A stretch of DNA of 64,000 nt from Patescibacteria group bacterium (GCA_028716725.1 JAQUPG010000007.1:10205-74204); one strand, 5' to 3'; counted from the stretch's first letter, positions 32,960 to 42,679 are shown. Notes: generated from the sequence alone by a model not told the origin. Numbers and translations are program-made.

Positions 32960-33124
32960 CTACGACCCATACTTTTTTTCACAAGCAAAGCATTCCCTTT
33001 TTCCTTCTTTAATCCTTTTTTTGCTCAAACCTTGCTTACATCTCCAGCAGATATGAGAAGAGCCTGATGATTTTTTGCCTCCTCGGGCAACCTTACGGAA
33101 TTTTACGTCGTGATTATGGGCCAT
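32960..33124 (-). CDS. 54-aa zinc-ribbon-like small protein (not in the ORF track)
   Basis: My translation: MAHNHDVKFRKVARGGKKSSGSSHICWRCKQGLSKKRIKEGKRECFACEKKYGS. It has CxxC...CxxC, the SD gggggagggtg 7 nt upstream, and a hairpin plus T-run downstream (about 32890-32925). Confidence 0.55.
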   Translation of the reverse strand: MAHNHDVKFRKVARGGKKSSGSSHICWRCKQGLSKKRIKEGKRECFACEKKYGS

Positions 33125-33227
33125 GAATTACACCCTCCCCCTTATAAGGTTAATGTGCTGTTATATTTAAAATAGCTTAATTCATTTTTTAAATTTAGTC
33201 AAATGTCTTTATTTGCCATAGCATTTT

Positions 33228-33800
33228 TTATTTTTCTTGAACTTCCAAAATAAGACGCTCGGTTAATCCTTTCGGCAGCCCAAGGCTGTTTCCTTCTTTG
33301 CCTTTGTATTTTTTAAGATAGGGCCGTAATAATTCATGCTCGGCCAAAAATCCGCCGGCCGAGTTTAAAATGTCTTCCATCTTTATAAGCTTATCAATAA
33401 CTTCTTCGGGAATTTCTTTAAAATAAGCTTTGGCAATATCAACCCCTTGCGCGCGCTTGCCGCTTCCGGTGTCAGTTACTACTACCGCGTTAATAACCTC
33501 GACCGGGTATTTTCCATAAGAACGCAAAAATTCCCGCGCTTGATATTTATCTTTCGGCTTTTCCCGCAATTCGCCGTGGCACAGAACGACTTGGTCAGCC
33601 GTAATTAACAGGACCGGCTCCTTAATTTTTTTCTTTATGGCCTCGGCTTTAGCGCCAGCTATTTTAATCGGCAAAGCGTAATAATCATTACTGCGGATCG
33701 CTTTTTCGTCAATATCAGCCGTTATGACCTTAAAATTATATCCCATTTTCTCAAGCATCGCTTTACGCCATTTTGACCCGGAGCCCAAAATTATTTTCAT
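33228..33800 (-). CDS. maf: Maf-like nucleoside triphosphate pyrophosphatase
   Basis: IILGSGSKWRKAML...VITADIDE...ITADQVV pattern of Maf/YhdE. Confidence 0.8.
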   Translation of the reverse strand: MKIILGSGSKWRKAMLEKMGYNFKVITADIDEKAIRSNDYYALPIKIAGAKAEAIKKKIKEPVLLITADQVVLCHGELREKPKDKYQAREFLRSYGKYPVEVINAVVVTDTGSGKRAQGVDIAKAYFKEIPEEVIDKLIKMEDILNSAGGFLAEHELLRPYLKKYKGKEGNSLGLPKGLTERLILEVQEK

Positions 33801-33804
33801 ACTT

Positions 33805-34197
33805 TTATTTCAAACAATTAATCAAATCCTCTGGTCTTTTTATAACCCCACTAAACAAAACTTTCCGGCAAATCTCGCCGTCGTTTTCTTCGTAGACATA
33901 AATCGGCTTATCAAGAGCGACCGCATAGCCGATTTCAATATTGGTGCTGACGCCGGCATAACCATCTTTATTATAAACATAAACTACATCAGCCATTCTG
34001 ATTTTATAAAAATGATCATGAGCCAATCCCAGAGCAACAAATTTTTTATCGAAATCTTTTATCTCATCCCAAACGCCTCCTGAAGCTCGATAAAGATGAG
34101 GTTCATAGACAACCACCCCTAAGTTTATTAATTTTTTAGCAAATTCCCGCATTTCCGAAGCAAAACGAGAACTGCCGCAAATAACAACTGATTTCAT
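33805..34197 (-). CDS. Hypothetical protein, nucleoside 2-deoxyribosyltransferase-like fold suspected
   Basis: VVICGSSRF... and ...GVSTNIEIGYAVALDKPIY resemble that family only loosely. Confidence 0.4.
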   Translation of the reverse strand: MKSVVICGSSRFASEMREFAKKLINLGVVVYEPHLYRASGGVWDEIKDFDKKFVALGLAHDHFYKIRMADVVYVYNKDGYAGVSTNIEIGYAVALDKPIYVYEENDGEICRKVLFSGVIKRPEDLINCLK

Positions 34198-34244
34198 ATA
34201 TCTTTATTAGTAAATTATTTTCCGCCATATTTTTTATTTTCTTA

Positions 34245-34631
34245 CTATTTCCTCAAAGCTACCGATTTGGTTGCTACTTCAATTATATAGCCATCCGGAT
34301 CTCTGAAATCTACCGTGTACGAACTTTTATTCTTGTAATGGGACTCAAGAGGACCACGGATAATATCACTCTTATTTTTAATCAAAAAATTTGCTACATC
34401 TTCCACTACTTTGCGGGAACTTGCCAAAAAACATATGTGGCGGGGGCCGATTGTTTTTTGTAATTTCACCTCCTGCTCAATGAAGTAAATTTTGGTTTGT
34501 CCATTGCTAAAAGCATTTTTTTCAATACAGTCCCATCCGATAAGCTTAAAGACGCCTTTATAAAACTTCATGGCGCGCTTCAGGCCGGAAACCCAAAATT
34601 CTATATGTTTTATGGCCGCTTTATTTCCCAT
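34245..34631 (-). CDS. VOC (glyoxalase/bleomycin-resistance) family protein
   Basis: IKHIEFWVSGLKRAMKFY...FRDPDGYIIEV pattern. Confidence 0.6.
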   Translation of the reverse strand: MGNKAAIKHIEFWVSGLKRAMKFYKGVFKLIGWDCIEKNAFSNGQTKIYFIEQEVKLQKTIGPRHICFLASSRKVVEDVANFLIKNKSDIIRGPLESHYKNKSSYTVDFRDPDGYIIEVATKSVALRK

Positions 34632-34668
34632 AACATTCTTTAAATTTATTCCTTAGTCCGCAATAATT

Positions 34669-35001
34669 TTAGAACATTTTCCCACCCTTTGGCACTTTCT
34701 TTGTCGGTACTAGTAATATTACATCTCCGTTTTCATCCGGCAATCCAAGAGTCAGGACTTCAGATGCGAACGGGCCAATCTGTTTGGGCGGAAAATTTAC
34801 TACTCCTATCACCTGTTTTCCTAGGAGCTCCTCTTTAGTATAGTGCTTCGTAATTTGAACCGAAGATTTTTTAATGCCAATTTTCGGACCAAAATCTATA
34901 GTCAGTTTGTAAGCCGGTTTTTTGGCTTCAGGAAAATCTTCCACTTTTATAATTTCTCCGACTCGTATATCAATTTTTTCAAAATCCTGATAATTAATCA
35001 T
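34669..35001 (-). CDS. tRNA-binding domain protein (CsaA/Trbp111-like)
   Basis: FEKIDIRVGEIIKVEDFPEAKKPAYKLTIDFG...SEVLTLG. Start at MINYQDF, giving an 8-nt overlap with the upstream gene. Confidence 0.8.
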   Translation of the reverse strand: MINYQDFEKIDIRVGEIIKVEDFPEAKKPAYKLTIDFGPKIGIKKSSVQITKHYTKEELLGKQVIGVVNFPPKQIGPFASEVLTLGLPDENGDVILLVPTKKVPKGGKMF

Positions 35002-35518
35002 AATCCTTAAAATATTTTTCAAATGTATCATCCGGCGTTTGCCCGGTTGTATCAATAAAATTATCCCTGCCCACTTCATTTCTGATGGCTTCAAATTCCG
35101 CCCGAACCGCTTCTATGCGTTCAATGCCCGTTGTCCAGCATTCGCGCTCCTTATCTCTTTTTATCATCTCTTCTTTAGTCGGAAATAAAACTTTAATTTC
35201 CAGACTATTTCCGAATTCTTTTTTAAACCTTTCGAAAAATTCTAAATAATGGCCAAAGATTATATAATCAAGAACAATATTATTCTCGCCCTGATTAAAG
35301 GCTTTTTTTACTTCGGCAAAAATTTTATCATGCGCTTGTTTTAATTTTTTAAAATTTTCCGGCAGCCAATGGCGCCCCTCGGGAAAAAATTCGCTGTCCA
35401 ATTTGTCGCCGTCAACTTTGATAAAACCGCGCCTCTTAACTAATAAATCAGCCATTGTGGTTTTGCCCGAACCCCCTGGCCCGGTTAGGATCAGTACTTT
35501 TTTTTTATCGTTTGCCAT
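34994..35518 (-). CDS. P-loop kinase-like ATPase (AAA_33 / chloramphenicol-phosphotransferase-like)
   Basis: Walker A LTGPGGSGKTT. Small 174-aa kinase-fold size. Confidence 0.6.
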   Translation of the reverse strand: MANDKKKVLILTGPGGSGKTTMADLLVKRRGFIKVDGDKLDSEFFPEGRHWLPENFKKLKQAHDKIFAEVKKAFNQGENNIVLDYIIFGHYLEFFERFKKEFGNSLEIKVLFPTKEEMIKRDKERECWTTGIERIEAVRAEFEAIRNEVGRDNFIDTTGQTPDDTFEKYFKDYD

Positions 35519-35575
35519 ATTAATTATCTCCTGCTTCTCACAACATTTTTTATATTTCTTCCCGCTCCCGCCTGG
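35519..35575 (-). other. Relic SEC-C zinc-motif coding segment in the 5' leader of the kinase gene
   Basis: In frame with the kinase ATG, it reads [22 protein letters not shown]. By my hand alignment it is about 78% identical over ~46 nt to the secA 3' end ([13 protein letters not shown], 35981-36027). Confidence 0.7.
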
Positions 35576-35582
35576 TCAGGAT

Positions 35583-35611
35583 TTGACAAATTTATATCAC
35601 TATGATATTAT
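35583..35611 (+). promoter_or_regulatory. Sigma70-like promoter of the orphan gene at 35653
   Basis: TTGACA (35583-35588), 17-nt spacer, TATTAT (35606-35611), followed by AAT. Confidence 0.6.
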
Positions 35612-35652
35612 AATGTAAAAAATTGAAACTTTGTCAAAAAAGGAGGTAAATC

Positions 35653-35937
35653 ATGAGTGCTCCTGTCTGGAAAGTCCTCTCCATACCATTGAAGGATGGT
35701 GAAGGAAAACTAGAAATTCTCGTCCAGCAATGGAAGAAACCAGATAAGACTAAATTAAAATTAATCAGACTTAATTCAGAATTACTTATAACCCACAGCT
35801 GCTTCGGATTAATGAAATTTATAGAGGTATCTAAGGATAAAAACATTCTTCACTGTGTAGTATGTAGCTTAAGAATCTCTCTGCCTTCATCGATCAAAAC
35901 ATTAGGAGAACTCGAAGAGTATCTCTTAAATGCCTAA
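35653..35937 (+). CDS. Hypothetical 94-aa protein (opposite-strand orphan)
   Basis: SD aaaaggaggtaaatc. Its own promoter and terminator. No motif recognised. Confidence 0.55.
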   Translation: MSAPVWKVLSIPLKDGEGKLEILVQQWKKPDKTKLKLIRLNSELLITHSCFGLMKFIEVSKDKNILHCVVCSLRISLPSSIKTLGELEEYLLNA

Positions 35938-35944
35938 GGCTTAT

Positions 35945-35976
35945 GCCTCTACCACTACGATAGAGGCTTTTTTTTA
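35945..35976 (+). terminator. Rho-independent terminator of the 35653 gene (shared with the convergent secA)
   Basis: gcctcta-ccactacga-tagaggc followed by T9. Confidence 0.8.
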
Positions 35977-38772
35977 TTTTCCGCAACACTTCTTATACTT
36001 CTTCCCGCTTCCGCACGGGCAAGGATCATTGCGGCCGATTTTTTCCCCGGCCGCATCTTTTAATTTCGGCTTAACCATATCAATGGTGCCGGAATTGCTC
36101 CCTTTATCCGCCTGCTTAAAACCGGAAAAATTTGAAGAAGTTTTTTCATCCATGGTTTTTGCCGGAGCGCTGAACTGTTTCGCTCTATCTACCAGACTCG
36201 GGGCTTTAACCTGATTGATATCTCCGACTTTAAAAACGGAATAAACCACTTCTTTCTGGATTAAACCGTTGAGTTCGTTAAAAAGATGATAAGCTTCTTT
36301 TTTATATTCCACTAAAGGGTCGTGCTGGCCGTAGCCGCGCAGGCCTATGCCCCGGCGCATGTAATCCATGGCGTCCAAGTGTTCAATCCATAAAGTGTCA
36401 ATGGAACGGATTAAAATCGCTTTTTCAATTTCGGAAAAATTAAAGCCGGTATTGATAGCTCTAAACTGCTCTTTCATCTTTTCATAATTTTCTTGAGCCA
36501 GTTTCGCCAGATGCTCAATAATCACGGTTCGGGCTTTGGCCTTATTTAATTTTCCCTCGTCTTCGGCAAAGGCGGATAAATCTTTTTTCAATCCTTTTTC
36601 TACCGGGAAAATAGTGGCCGCCACTTCATAAATTTCCGCCAGATTCCAATCTTTAATATTTTCCGAAGCCGTATGAAAACTCACCACCTGCTCAATTTCA
36701 TTTTCCACCATATCAAGAATTATATCAGACAGAGTTTTGCCTTTTTCGCCATCGTTTTCGTTACTTTGGTTATTGGAATTTTCCGCCAATTCCAAAATTT
36801 CCCTTCTCTTTCTATAAATCGATTCCCGATGCTTATTTATCACGTCATCATATTCAACCAAATGTTTGCGGACATCAAAGTTATTGCCTTCAACTTTCAT
36901 CTGAGCCGATTCGATTGACTTGGAAACTATCCGGTTTTCAATCGGCATATCTTCCGGCACGTGCAAAGTCTTCATTAATCCCTTCATCCGGTCCCCGCCG
37001 AAAATCCTCATTAAGTCGTCTTCGGTAGAAACATAAAACTGGGAAGAGCCCGGATCGCCCTGCCGGCCGGAACGCCCGCGCAGCTGGTTGTCAATTCTTC
37101 TCGCTTCATGCCTTTCCGTGCCAAGCACATGCAAACCGCCGGCTTCAATTACCTTTTTCTGCTCTTCTTTATCGGGCGGATTGCCGCCCAAAATTATATC
37201 AACGCCCCGGCCGGCCATATTGGTGGCCACGGTAATCGCGCCTAAACGGCCGGCTTGGGCGATAAATTGCGCTTCTTTTTCGTGGTTTTTGGCGTTTAAA
37301 ACCTGGGGGTGAAGCCCTTCCCTTTCCATCATTTCCGCCAATAACTCATTTTTCTCAATGGAAATCGTGCCGATTAAAACCGGCTGGCCCTTTTTATTTC
37401 TTTCTTTTACATTTTCAATCACGGCTTTGAATTTTCCTTCTTCGGTGCGGTAAATTAAATCATTCATGTCTTTTCTTATCATCGGCTTGTTCGTGGGGAT
37501 AACCACGGTTTCTAATTTATAGATTTTAGAAAATTCTTCGGCTTCGGTTACGGCCGTACCGGTCATGCCGGATAACTTTTTATACATACGGAAATAATTC
37601 TGGAAAGTTATAGTCGCCAAAGTCTGCGATTCTCTTTGGATCTCGACATTTTCTTTGGCTTCAATAGCCTGGTGTAAACCTTCGCTATAACGCCGGCCAA
37701 ACATCAAACGGCCGGTAAACTCGTCAACAATTATAACCTGGCCTTCTTTTATTACATAATCCCTATCTTTTTTAAACAACACCCGCGCTTTGAGAGCCTG
37801 CTCAATATGATGAACGTCGCGGATACCGCCAGCCACATAAATATTTTCTACTCCCAGCCAATTTTCCATTTTGGCGATGCCGGCCTCGGTTAAAGTCGCC
37901 GCCCGCATTTTTTCATCAATATTATAATCTTCATTCTCCTTCAGGCGTTCCACCAATTGGGAAAATTTATAATATTTGTCGGTTGATTCCTCGGCCGGGG
38001 CGGAAATTATCAAAGGCGTCCGGGCTTCGTCAATTAAAATGGAATCAATTTCATCAACAATCGTATAATAAAGCCCTCTTTGCACCATCGCCTTTAGAGA
38101 CGGCGCCATATTGTCGCGCAGATAATCAAAACCGAATTCGTTGTTCGTGCCGTAAGTTATGTCGCAATTATAAGCTTCTTTTCTTTCTATCTTTTTAAAA
38201 TGCTTTAATCTGTCATCATACTGGGAATCGTCCATAAATTCCGGGTCGTAAGCAAAGGCGGTGTCATGGACAATCACGCCGGTCGAAAGCCCCAAAAGAT
38301 AAAAAACCGGCGCCATCCAGCCCGCGCCTACGCGGGACAAATAATCATTAACCGTGACCAGATGCGCCCCTTGGCCGGCCAAAGCGTTTAAATACAAAGG
38401 CAGGGTCGCCACCAAAGTTTTGCCTTCGCCGGTTCTCATTTCCGCAATCTGTCCGTGATGAAGAACTATGCCGCCTACCAGCTGGACGTCATAATGCCTT
38501 TGCCCTAAAACCCTCTTGGCCGCTTCCCTAACCGCGGCAAACGCTTCCGGCAATATCTCATCCAGCTTCTTGTCTGCGCCATCCTGAAGGGGCCCAGTCT
38601 CTCCCGTTTTTACTCCCAATCTTTTCCTGAATTCGGCGGTCATCCCCTTTAATTCCTCATCGCTCATCTTCTCAAATTTCGGCTCTAAAGCATTTATCTT
38701 TCCAATAATCGGCTCCAGCGACTTTACTATTTTTTCATTCGGGTCTCCAAAAATTTTAGTTAAAATACTCAT
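35974..38772 (-). CDS. secA: Preprotein translocase ATPase SecA
   Basis: [14 protein letters not shown] start, DEAD-like [19 protein letters not shown]-terminal SEC-C motif [15 protein letters not shown]. The ORF-track extension to 38832 is rejected. Confidence 0.97.
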   Translation of the reverse strand: MSILTKIFGDPNEKIVKSLEPIIGKINALEPKFEKMSDEELKGMTAEFRKRLGVKTGETGPLQDGADKKLDEILPEAFAAVREAAKRVLGQRHYDVQLVGGIVLHHGQIAEMRTGEGKTLVATLPLYLNALAGQGAHLVTVNDYLSRVGAGWMAPVFYLLGLSTGVIVHDTAFAYDPEFMDDSQYDDRLKHFKKIERKEAYNCDITYGTNNEFGFDYLRDNMAPSLKAMVQRGLYYTIVDEIDSILIDEARTPLIISAPAEESTDKYYKFSQLVERLKENEDYNIDEKMRAATLTEAGIAKMENWLGVENIYVAGGIRDVHHIEQALKARVLFKKDRDYVIKEGQVIIVDEFTGRLMFGRRYSEGLHQAIEAKENVEIQRESQTLATITFQNYFRMYKKLSGMTGTAVTEAEEFSKIYKLETVVIPTNKPMIRKDMNDLIYRTEEGKFKAVIENVKERNKKGQPVLIGTISIEKNELLAEMMEREGLHPQVLNAKNHEKEAQFIAQAGRLGAITVATNMAGRGVDIILGGNPPDKEEQKKVIEAGGLHVLGTERHEARRIDNQLRGRSGRQGDPGSSQFYVSTEDDLMRIFGGDRMKGLMKTLHVPEDMPIENRIVSKSIESAQMKVEGNNFDVRKHLVEYDDVINKHRESIYRKRREILELAENSNNQSNENDGEKGKTLSDIILDMVENEIEQVVSFHTASENIKDWNLAEIYEVAATIFPVEKGLKKDLSAFAEDEGKLNKAKARTVIIEHLAKLAQENYEKMKEQFRAINTGFNFSEIEKAILIRSIDTLWIEHLDAMDYMRRGIGLRGYGQHDPLVEYKKEAYHLFNELNGLIQKEVVYSVFKVGDINQVKAPSLVDRAKQFSAPAKTMDEKTSSNFSGFKQADKGSNSGTIDMVKPKLKDAAGEKIGRNDPCPCGSGKKYKKCCGK

Positions 38773-38854
38773 ATTAATTCGGATGTGCCGCATTCGTAGT
38801 TGCGGCTTTTTGCCGCTAGGCAAAAAAGACATTAAAAAGCACGCTTCCAGCGTG

Positions 38855-38956
38855 ATCCCGCACCTTTTTATTTTAAGCGATGTTTAACGCTTTGCCTAAA
38901 ATAAAATTTTATTAAATTAAAAACCTCATATAAGAGGGCTAAAAAAGGTGCGGGAT
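38855..38956. repeat. MITE-like element, copy 2 (15-bp terminal inverted repeats ATCCCGCACCTTTTT)
   Basis: atcccgcaccttttt (38855-38869) versus aaaaaggtgcgggat (38942-38956). The AT-rich core shares gcctaaaa / aagcg words with copy 1. It lies between the secA leader and the ParB-like gene. Confidence 0.75.
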
Positions 38957-39043
38957 AAACAAAATTATTATATAACCTTTTTCTAAAAAAAGCAATAATA
39001 AGAAAAACCCGCCGACATCAAGCCAACGGGTCTTTTTTTATCA

Positions 39044-40726
39044 CTATTCCTCGGTTCCTCCTCCCTCACCTGGCCTATCAGCTTCCCAAAGCTTTCTAAC
39101 ACTTTCCTGAACCACGTCTTTGATACTGCCCTCGTTGTAGACAGTTTCCCTCAGTTTCTTGAATTTTGCCATAATTCTGTCCAAACACTCAAGGACCTTT
39201 GCTTTGTCTTTTTTGTCCCGGCTATAAAACAGCATGATGATTTTTAGAGGACCCATCTCCAGGATTAGTTTAGCCCTATCCTCTGTAATACCCAGAGAAT
39301 TTTTGAAAACAACATAATCGTCAGATAGCTGTCTTTTTCTTCCCGGCTTCCTTACTTCTGGCCCGGCCTGATTTCTGATAAACTGCTTGGCTCGGTCAAC
39401 TGACATCCCCTCATTTTGAATCCTTTTTAATAACTGCCTCTGCTTTTGGTGATCGGGAATATACCTGCCTAATTCAACGGCCAAACCGGAAGGCACGCCT
39501 TTGTCTTTATCCCGCGAATGAAGGGATATTTGCTCTTGAATATCAGAAGCGACTTTAAGAAGGTCCAAATAGTTCAACATTGTTTGGACGGACATACATA
39601 ATGCTTCAGCAACCCTTTCGTTTATAACTCCTTTCTTTAGCGGTTTACCATTTTCTGCGACCTCTTCTAATTTGGCGATAAGCTTTGCTGCGGTTTTAGC
39701 ATACTCCATCGGAGTATGCCCTTCTCTGCCAAGGTTGGCAATTGCTGAAGCCTCAAAAATATCAATGTCCGGATTAGCAAGTATAATCGCAAAAATATAC
39801 TTAAAATGTTTTGCCTCAGCAACGCGCCATCTCCTTTCTCCGTCAACCAGCATATAACCCTTGTCTGTTTTTACGACAATAACGGGTTGTTGCTGATTTT
39901 TCCTTTTAAAATTCTTCGCCAGTTGATCAAGCTTTTCTGGATCAAAGAATTCTCTTGGTTGATCGGGGTTGGGGTAAACTTCACTAACCAAAAGCTTCTT
40001 TAAAACCGCTCCTTCCAAAATCGAAGGGGGAGTTTTCGTTGCTTCTTCCTCGCCCATCCCAGAATCGTCCTCGGAAGCAGAAACTGAAGTTTCAACCCTG
40101 TTAGTTTCTTCAATCCTCACACCTTCTGGTTCAGGTTCGGTTTCGGTTTTTTCCCCTTTCCCAGCCTTTTCGGCCCCCGAAACATCTTGGGCTGCCGCGG
40201 CTACGGCGGCATCTATTTCCGGGTTAGTTACTTCATCCCCGACATCTCCCCCATCCTCGGAAACAGGATCAAGAATTTCAGCCTCAATCTCCCCGATTCC
40301 TCCGAGCCCCATATCTGCCAGAGCTGCCGCGGCTGCATTCTCATCCTCTTCCACAACTTTTGGGGGATCTTCTACGTTTTTAGGTTTTGTTTTTTTACCC
40401 CCTTGCCTGACTCTGGTAATAAAAGCGGAATTTTTGGATTTTTTACGAGTTCTCCCGGCTCCTCTTGGTTTTTCACCCCCATCTTCTTCCTTGGGGCCGG
40501 AACCATTACCGCCGCTATATTTCAACCATATCGGGGTACAGGTACAGCCGGCTTTGTCGCAAACCAATATTCTGTTTGAGGGATCAGAACGAAGTTTTAA
40601 ACATTCATTTTTCAAAACTTCTCTGTTTCTAACAGGACAAAAATGCGGCAAAGTATCCAGCGTGAAATGTTGTAAGTGCCCGGCGGTGCGGGTATAAGAA
40701 TCCATATCAAGGCTGTCCATTTCCAA
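39044..40726 (-). CDS. ParB/Srx-domain protein with HTH, Cys-rich N-terminus and a long acidic low-complexity linker
   Basis: ParB box ...YMLVDGERRWRVAEA... (GxxRxxA arginine patch), the HTH-like ERVAEALCMSVQTMLNYLDLL, and an N-terminal HFCPV...CLK...VCDKAGCTC. G+C is visibly higher than the flanks. No parA nearby. Confidence 0.7.
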   Translation of the reverse strand: MEMDSLDMDSYTRTAGHLQHFTLDTLPHFCPVRNREVLKNECLKLRSDPSNRILVCDKAGCTCTPIWLKYSGGNGSGPKEEDGGEKPRGAGRTRKKSKNSAFITRVRQGGKKTKPKNVEDPPKVVEEDENAAAAALADMGLGGIGEIEAEILDPVSEDGGDVGDEVTNPEIDAAVAAAAQDVSGAEKAGKGEKTETEPEPEGVRIEETNRVETSVSASEDDSGMGEEEATKTPPSILEGAVLKKLLVSEVYPNPDQPREFFDPEKLDQLAKNFKRKNQQQPVIVVKTDKGYMLVDGERRWRVAEAKHFKYIFAIILANPDIDIFEASAIANLGREGHTPMEYAKTAAKLIAKLEEVAENGKPLKKGVINERVAEALCMSVQTMLNYLDLLKVASDIQEQISLHSRDKDKGVPSGLAVELGRYIPDHQKQRQLLKRIQNEGMSVDRAKQFIRNQAGPEVRKPGRKRQLSDDYVVFKNSLGITEDRAKLILEMGPLKIIMLFYSRDKKDKAKVLECLDRIMAKFKKLRETVYNEGSIKDVVQESVRKLWEADRPGEGGGTEE

Positions 40727-40826
40727 CCTCCCTGCTAATTTTTATGTTTTTTGTTGTTTTGTCAAAGTTCAAAAAATATCTAAAAAAGAAAGGGAGAATT
40801 TCCTCCCTTTCTTTTTATCTTAACTC

Positions 40827-41147
40827 TTATCTTCTTTTCTTGTCAATTCTCTTCTCCCGGTATTTTTTAATTATAATTTCTAAGTGGTCTTTGACTTTAT
40901 CAATGGCTTTAAATAATTCTTTCTCGGTTTTCTCCACCCGCAATAATTCCCCCGGCACCTCCAGGTTAACTTCCGCCCTATAAATCTGCCCGCTATTTTG
41001 CCCGCCGACTGACATTCCGACTTCGACGTCGCAATTCAAGACCTGGGTATTGCCTAAATATTTTTCAATCATATCCATTTTCTCCTGGATAAAATTCTTT
41101 ATTTCCGGAGTTAACTTAATCTTTGTCGCTCTAATTCTAATTTGCAT
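40827..41147 (-). CDS. hpf: Ribosome hibernation factor (HPF/RaiA family, short form)
   Basis: MQIRIRATKIKLTPEIKNFIQEKM... and ...AEVNLEVPGELLRVE... are typical of S30AE/HPF. Confidence 0.85.
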   Translation of the reverse strand: MQIRIRATKIKLTPEIKNFIQEKMDMIEKYLGNTQVLNCDVEVGMSVGGQNSGQIYRAEVNLEVPGELLRVEKTEKELFKAIDKVKDHLEIIIKKYREKRIDKKRR

Positions 41148-41149
41148 AA

Positions 41150-42475
41150 TTATAATTTATTAATAATCATTTCCCATAAAGCCCTAAAGCTATCCCCGAA
41201 CCTGGCCACGTCCCGAAAAGTTACGACTAAAACGAGTAGCATCAAAAGGGCAAAACCGATATTGTGGATAGCCGTTTCCAGTTCCCGCTTAACCGGCGAG
41301 CCCTTTATTTTTTCAATAATCAAAAACAGGACCCGGCCCCCATCCAAAGCCGGAAAAGGCAAAAAATTAATAATCGCCAGATTGATGGAAAGTAAAGCGG
41401 TAAACTGGAGAATATAAATAAGGCCCATATGCGCTACCTGGCCGGTTAAGGCCGCAATGCCGACCGGCCCGGCTATATCCACTGCCACTCCTCGCCCCAT
41501 AATTAAATTCTTTATTAACTCATAAAAAGCCACGATGATCGCCCAGGTTAAAAGCGCGGTTTCCTTTATTCCTTCCTCAATCGCCAGATACCAGGGGTAT
41601 TTTACCAAGCCGGTGGTGGCGATAGCTATGCCTATACCCCCTCTTCCTGTTTCCTCTCTTGTTTCCGGAACGGCCTTAAGAATCATTTCTTCCTGGCCCC
41701 GTTTTATTTTATAAGCCAGTTCTTTCCCGGTCTCGCTGTCCACAAAATTCTGCAATTCTTCCTCGGTGGCAAATTCTTCATTATTAATAGCTATGATGGT
41801 GTCGCCGGCCATAAACCCGGTCTGGGCGGCTGGGGAATCCGGGATAATCTGCGTTATCTGGATTTTCTTATCGGAAACTCGAGCCCGGGAATCTAGATTA
41901 TCCAAGGCCTGGGGAAAACCAATCATAAGCCCCAGAGAAATTAAAAACGCGGCCAAAATTACGTTCATGCCCACTCCGGCGGAAAGAATCGTTGCTCTCT
42001 GCCAAATTTTTCTGGAAGCAAAGCTATCAGGGTCGTTTTCCTCTTCTCCGTTTTCACCTTTAATTTTTACAAATCCGCCCAAAGGAATCCAATTGAGAGA
42101 ATAAATCGTGCTGGCTTGCATTTCCTCTTCGCCCGCTTTAATTTCCGGTTCCCCGCTGCCCGGGATAAACCGCCATTTTTTAACAGAAACCAGCTCATCG
42201 ATTTCCTGTTTGCTGTCCGTTATCGTTTCTTTTATTATTTCTTGCTCATCTATAGTTTCATATTCAGAAACTTCCACTTCCACTTTCTCCTTTTCGGCTA
42301 TCTTTACTAATTTTTTGCCTTTTAAAATCTGCGCTCCGAAAATTCTCGGGGGAAAGCCAAAACCGAATTCCTCGGCCCGGACCCCGAATCTCCGGGCAAA
42401 CCAAAAATGGCCCAGCTCATGGGCAAAAATCAAAAGCGAAAATACTATTAAAAAAGTAATTATTGTTAAAATCAT
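41150..42475 (-). CDS. rseP: RIP metalloprotease RseP (site-2 protease, M50)
   Basis: HELGHF zinc motif, PDZ-like segment, NFLPFPALDGG. Confidence 0.9.
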   Translation of the reverse strand: MILTIITFLIVFSLLIFAHELGHFWFARRFGVRAEEFGFGFPPRIFGAQILKGKKLVKIAEKEKVEVEVSEYETIDEQEIIKETITDSKQEIDELVSVKKWRFIPGSGEPEIKAGEEEMQASTIYSLNWIPLGGFVKIKGENGEEENDPDSFASRKIWQRATILSAGVGMNVILAAFLISLGLMIGFPQALDNLDSRARVSDKKIQITQIIPDSPAAQTGFMAGDTIIAINNEEFATEEELQNFVDSETGKELAYKIKRGQEEMILKAVPETREETGRGGIGIAIATTGLVKYPWYLAIEEGIKETALLTWAIIVAFYELIKNLIMGRGVAVDIAGPVGIAALTGQVAHMGLIYILQFTALLSINLAIINFLPFPALDGGRVLFLIIEKIKGSPVKRELETAIHNIGFALLMLLVLVVTFRDVARFGDSFRALWEMIINKL

Positions 42476-42679
42476 AGTTCAACACGGTTAGATTGATTAC
42501 TTAGCACATCAAACCTTTAATCCAAATTCTTTTGTGCCTATCTTCACGATATTGCCATAATGCGAATGCTACGAATTATTATTTGCGGCATTTGAATTAT
42601 GACAAGAAGATATAAGTCCGCAGGAAGAATTCGCATTAAAGGATTATTAAACGGTTTAAACCCGAACAAACTCTTCCCA

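Noticed and set aside
35576-35578. The TGA aligned with the first Cys of the SEC-C motif relic, considered as a possible selenocysteine or recoded codon.
   Set aside because: The upstream in-frame sequence hits another stop (TGA at 35597-35599) after 6 codons with no start codon. TGA is also used as a genuine stop elsewhere, for example the ATGA overlap at 15558-15561.
38773-38832. N-terminal extensions in the ORF track: secA to 38832, ruvA to 23405, frr to 43258, U32 to 24630, mreB TTG at 20525, and the tRNA-binding protein to 35094.
   Set aside because: Family-typical N-termini begin at internal ATGs, for example MSILTKIFG for SecA and MISYLKGK for RuvA. The extensions run through upstream terminators, repeats or neighbouring genes.
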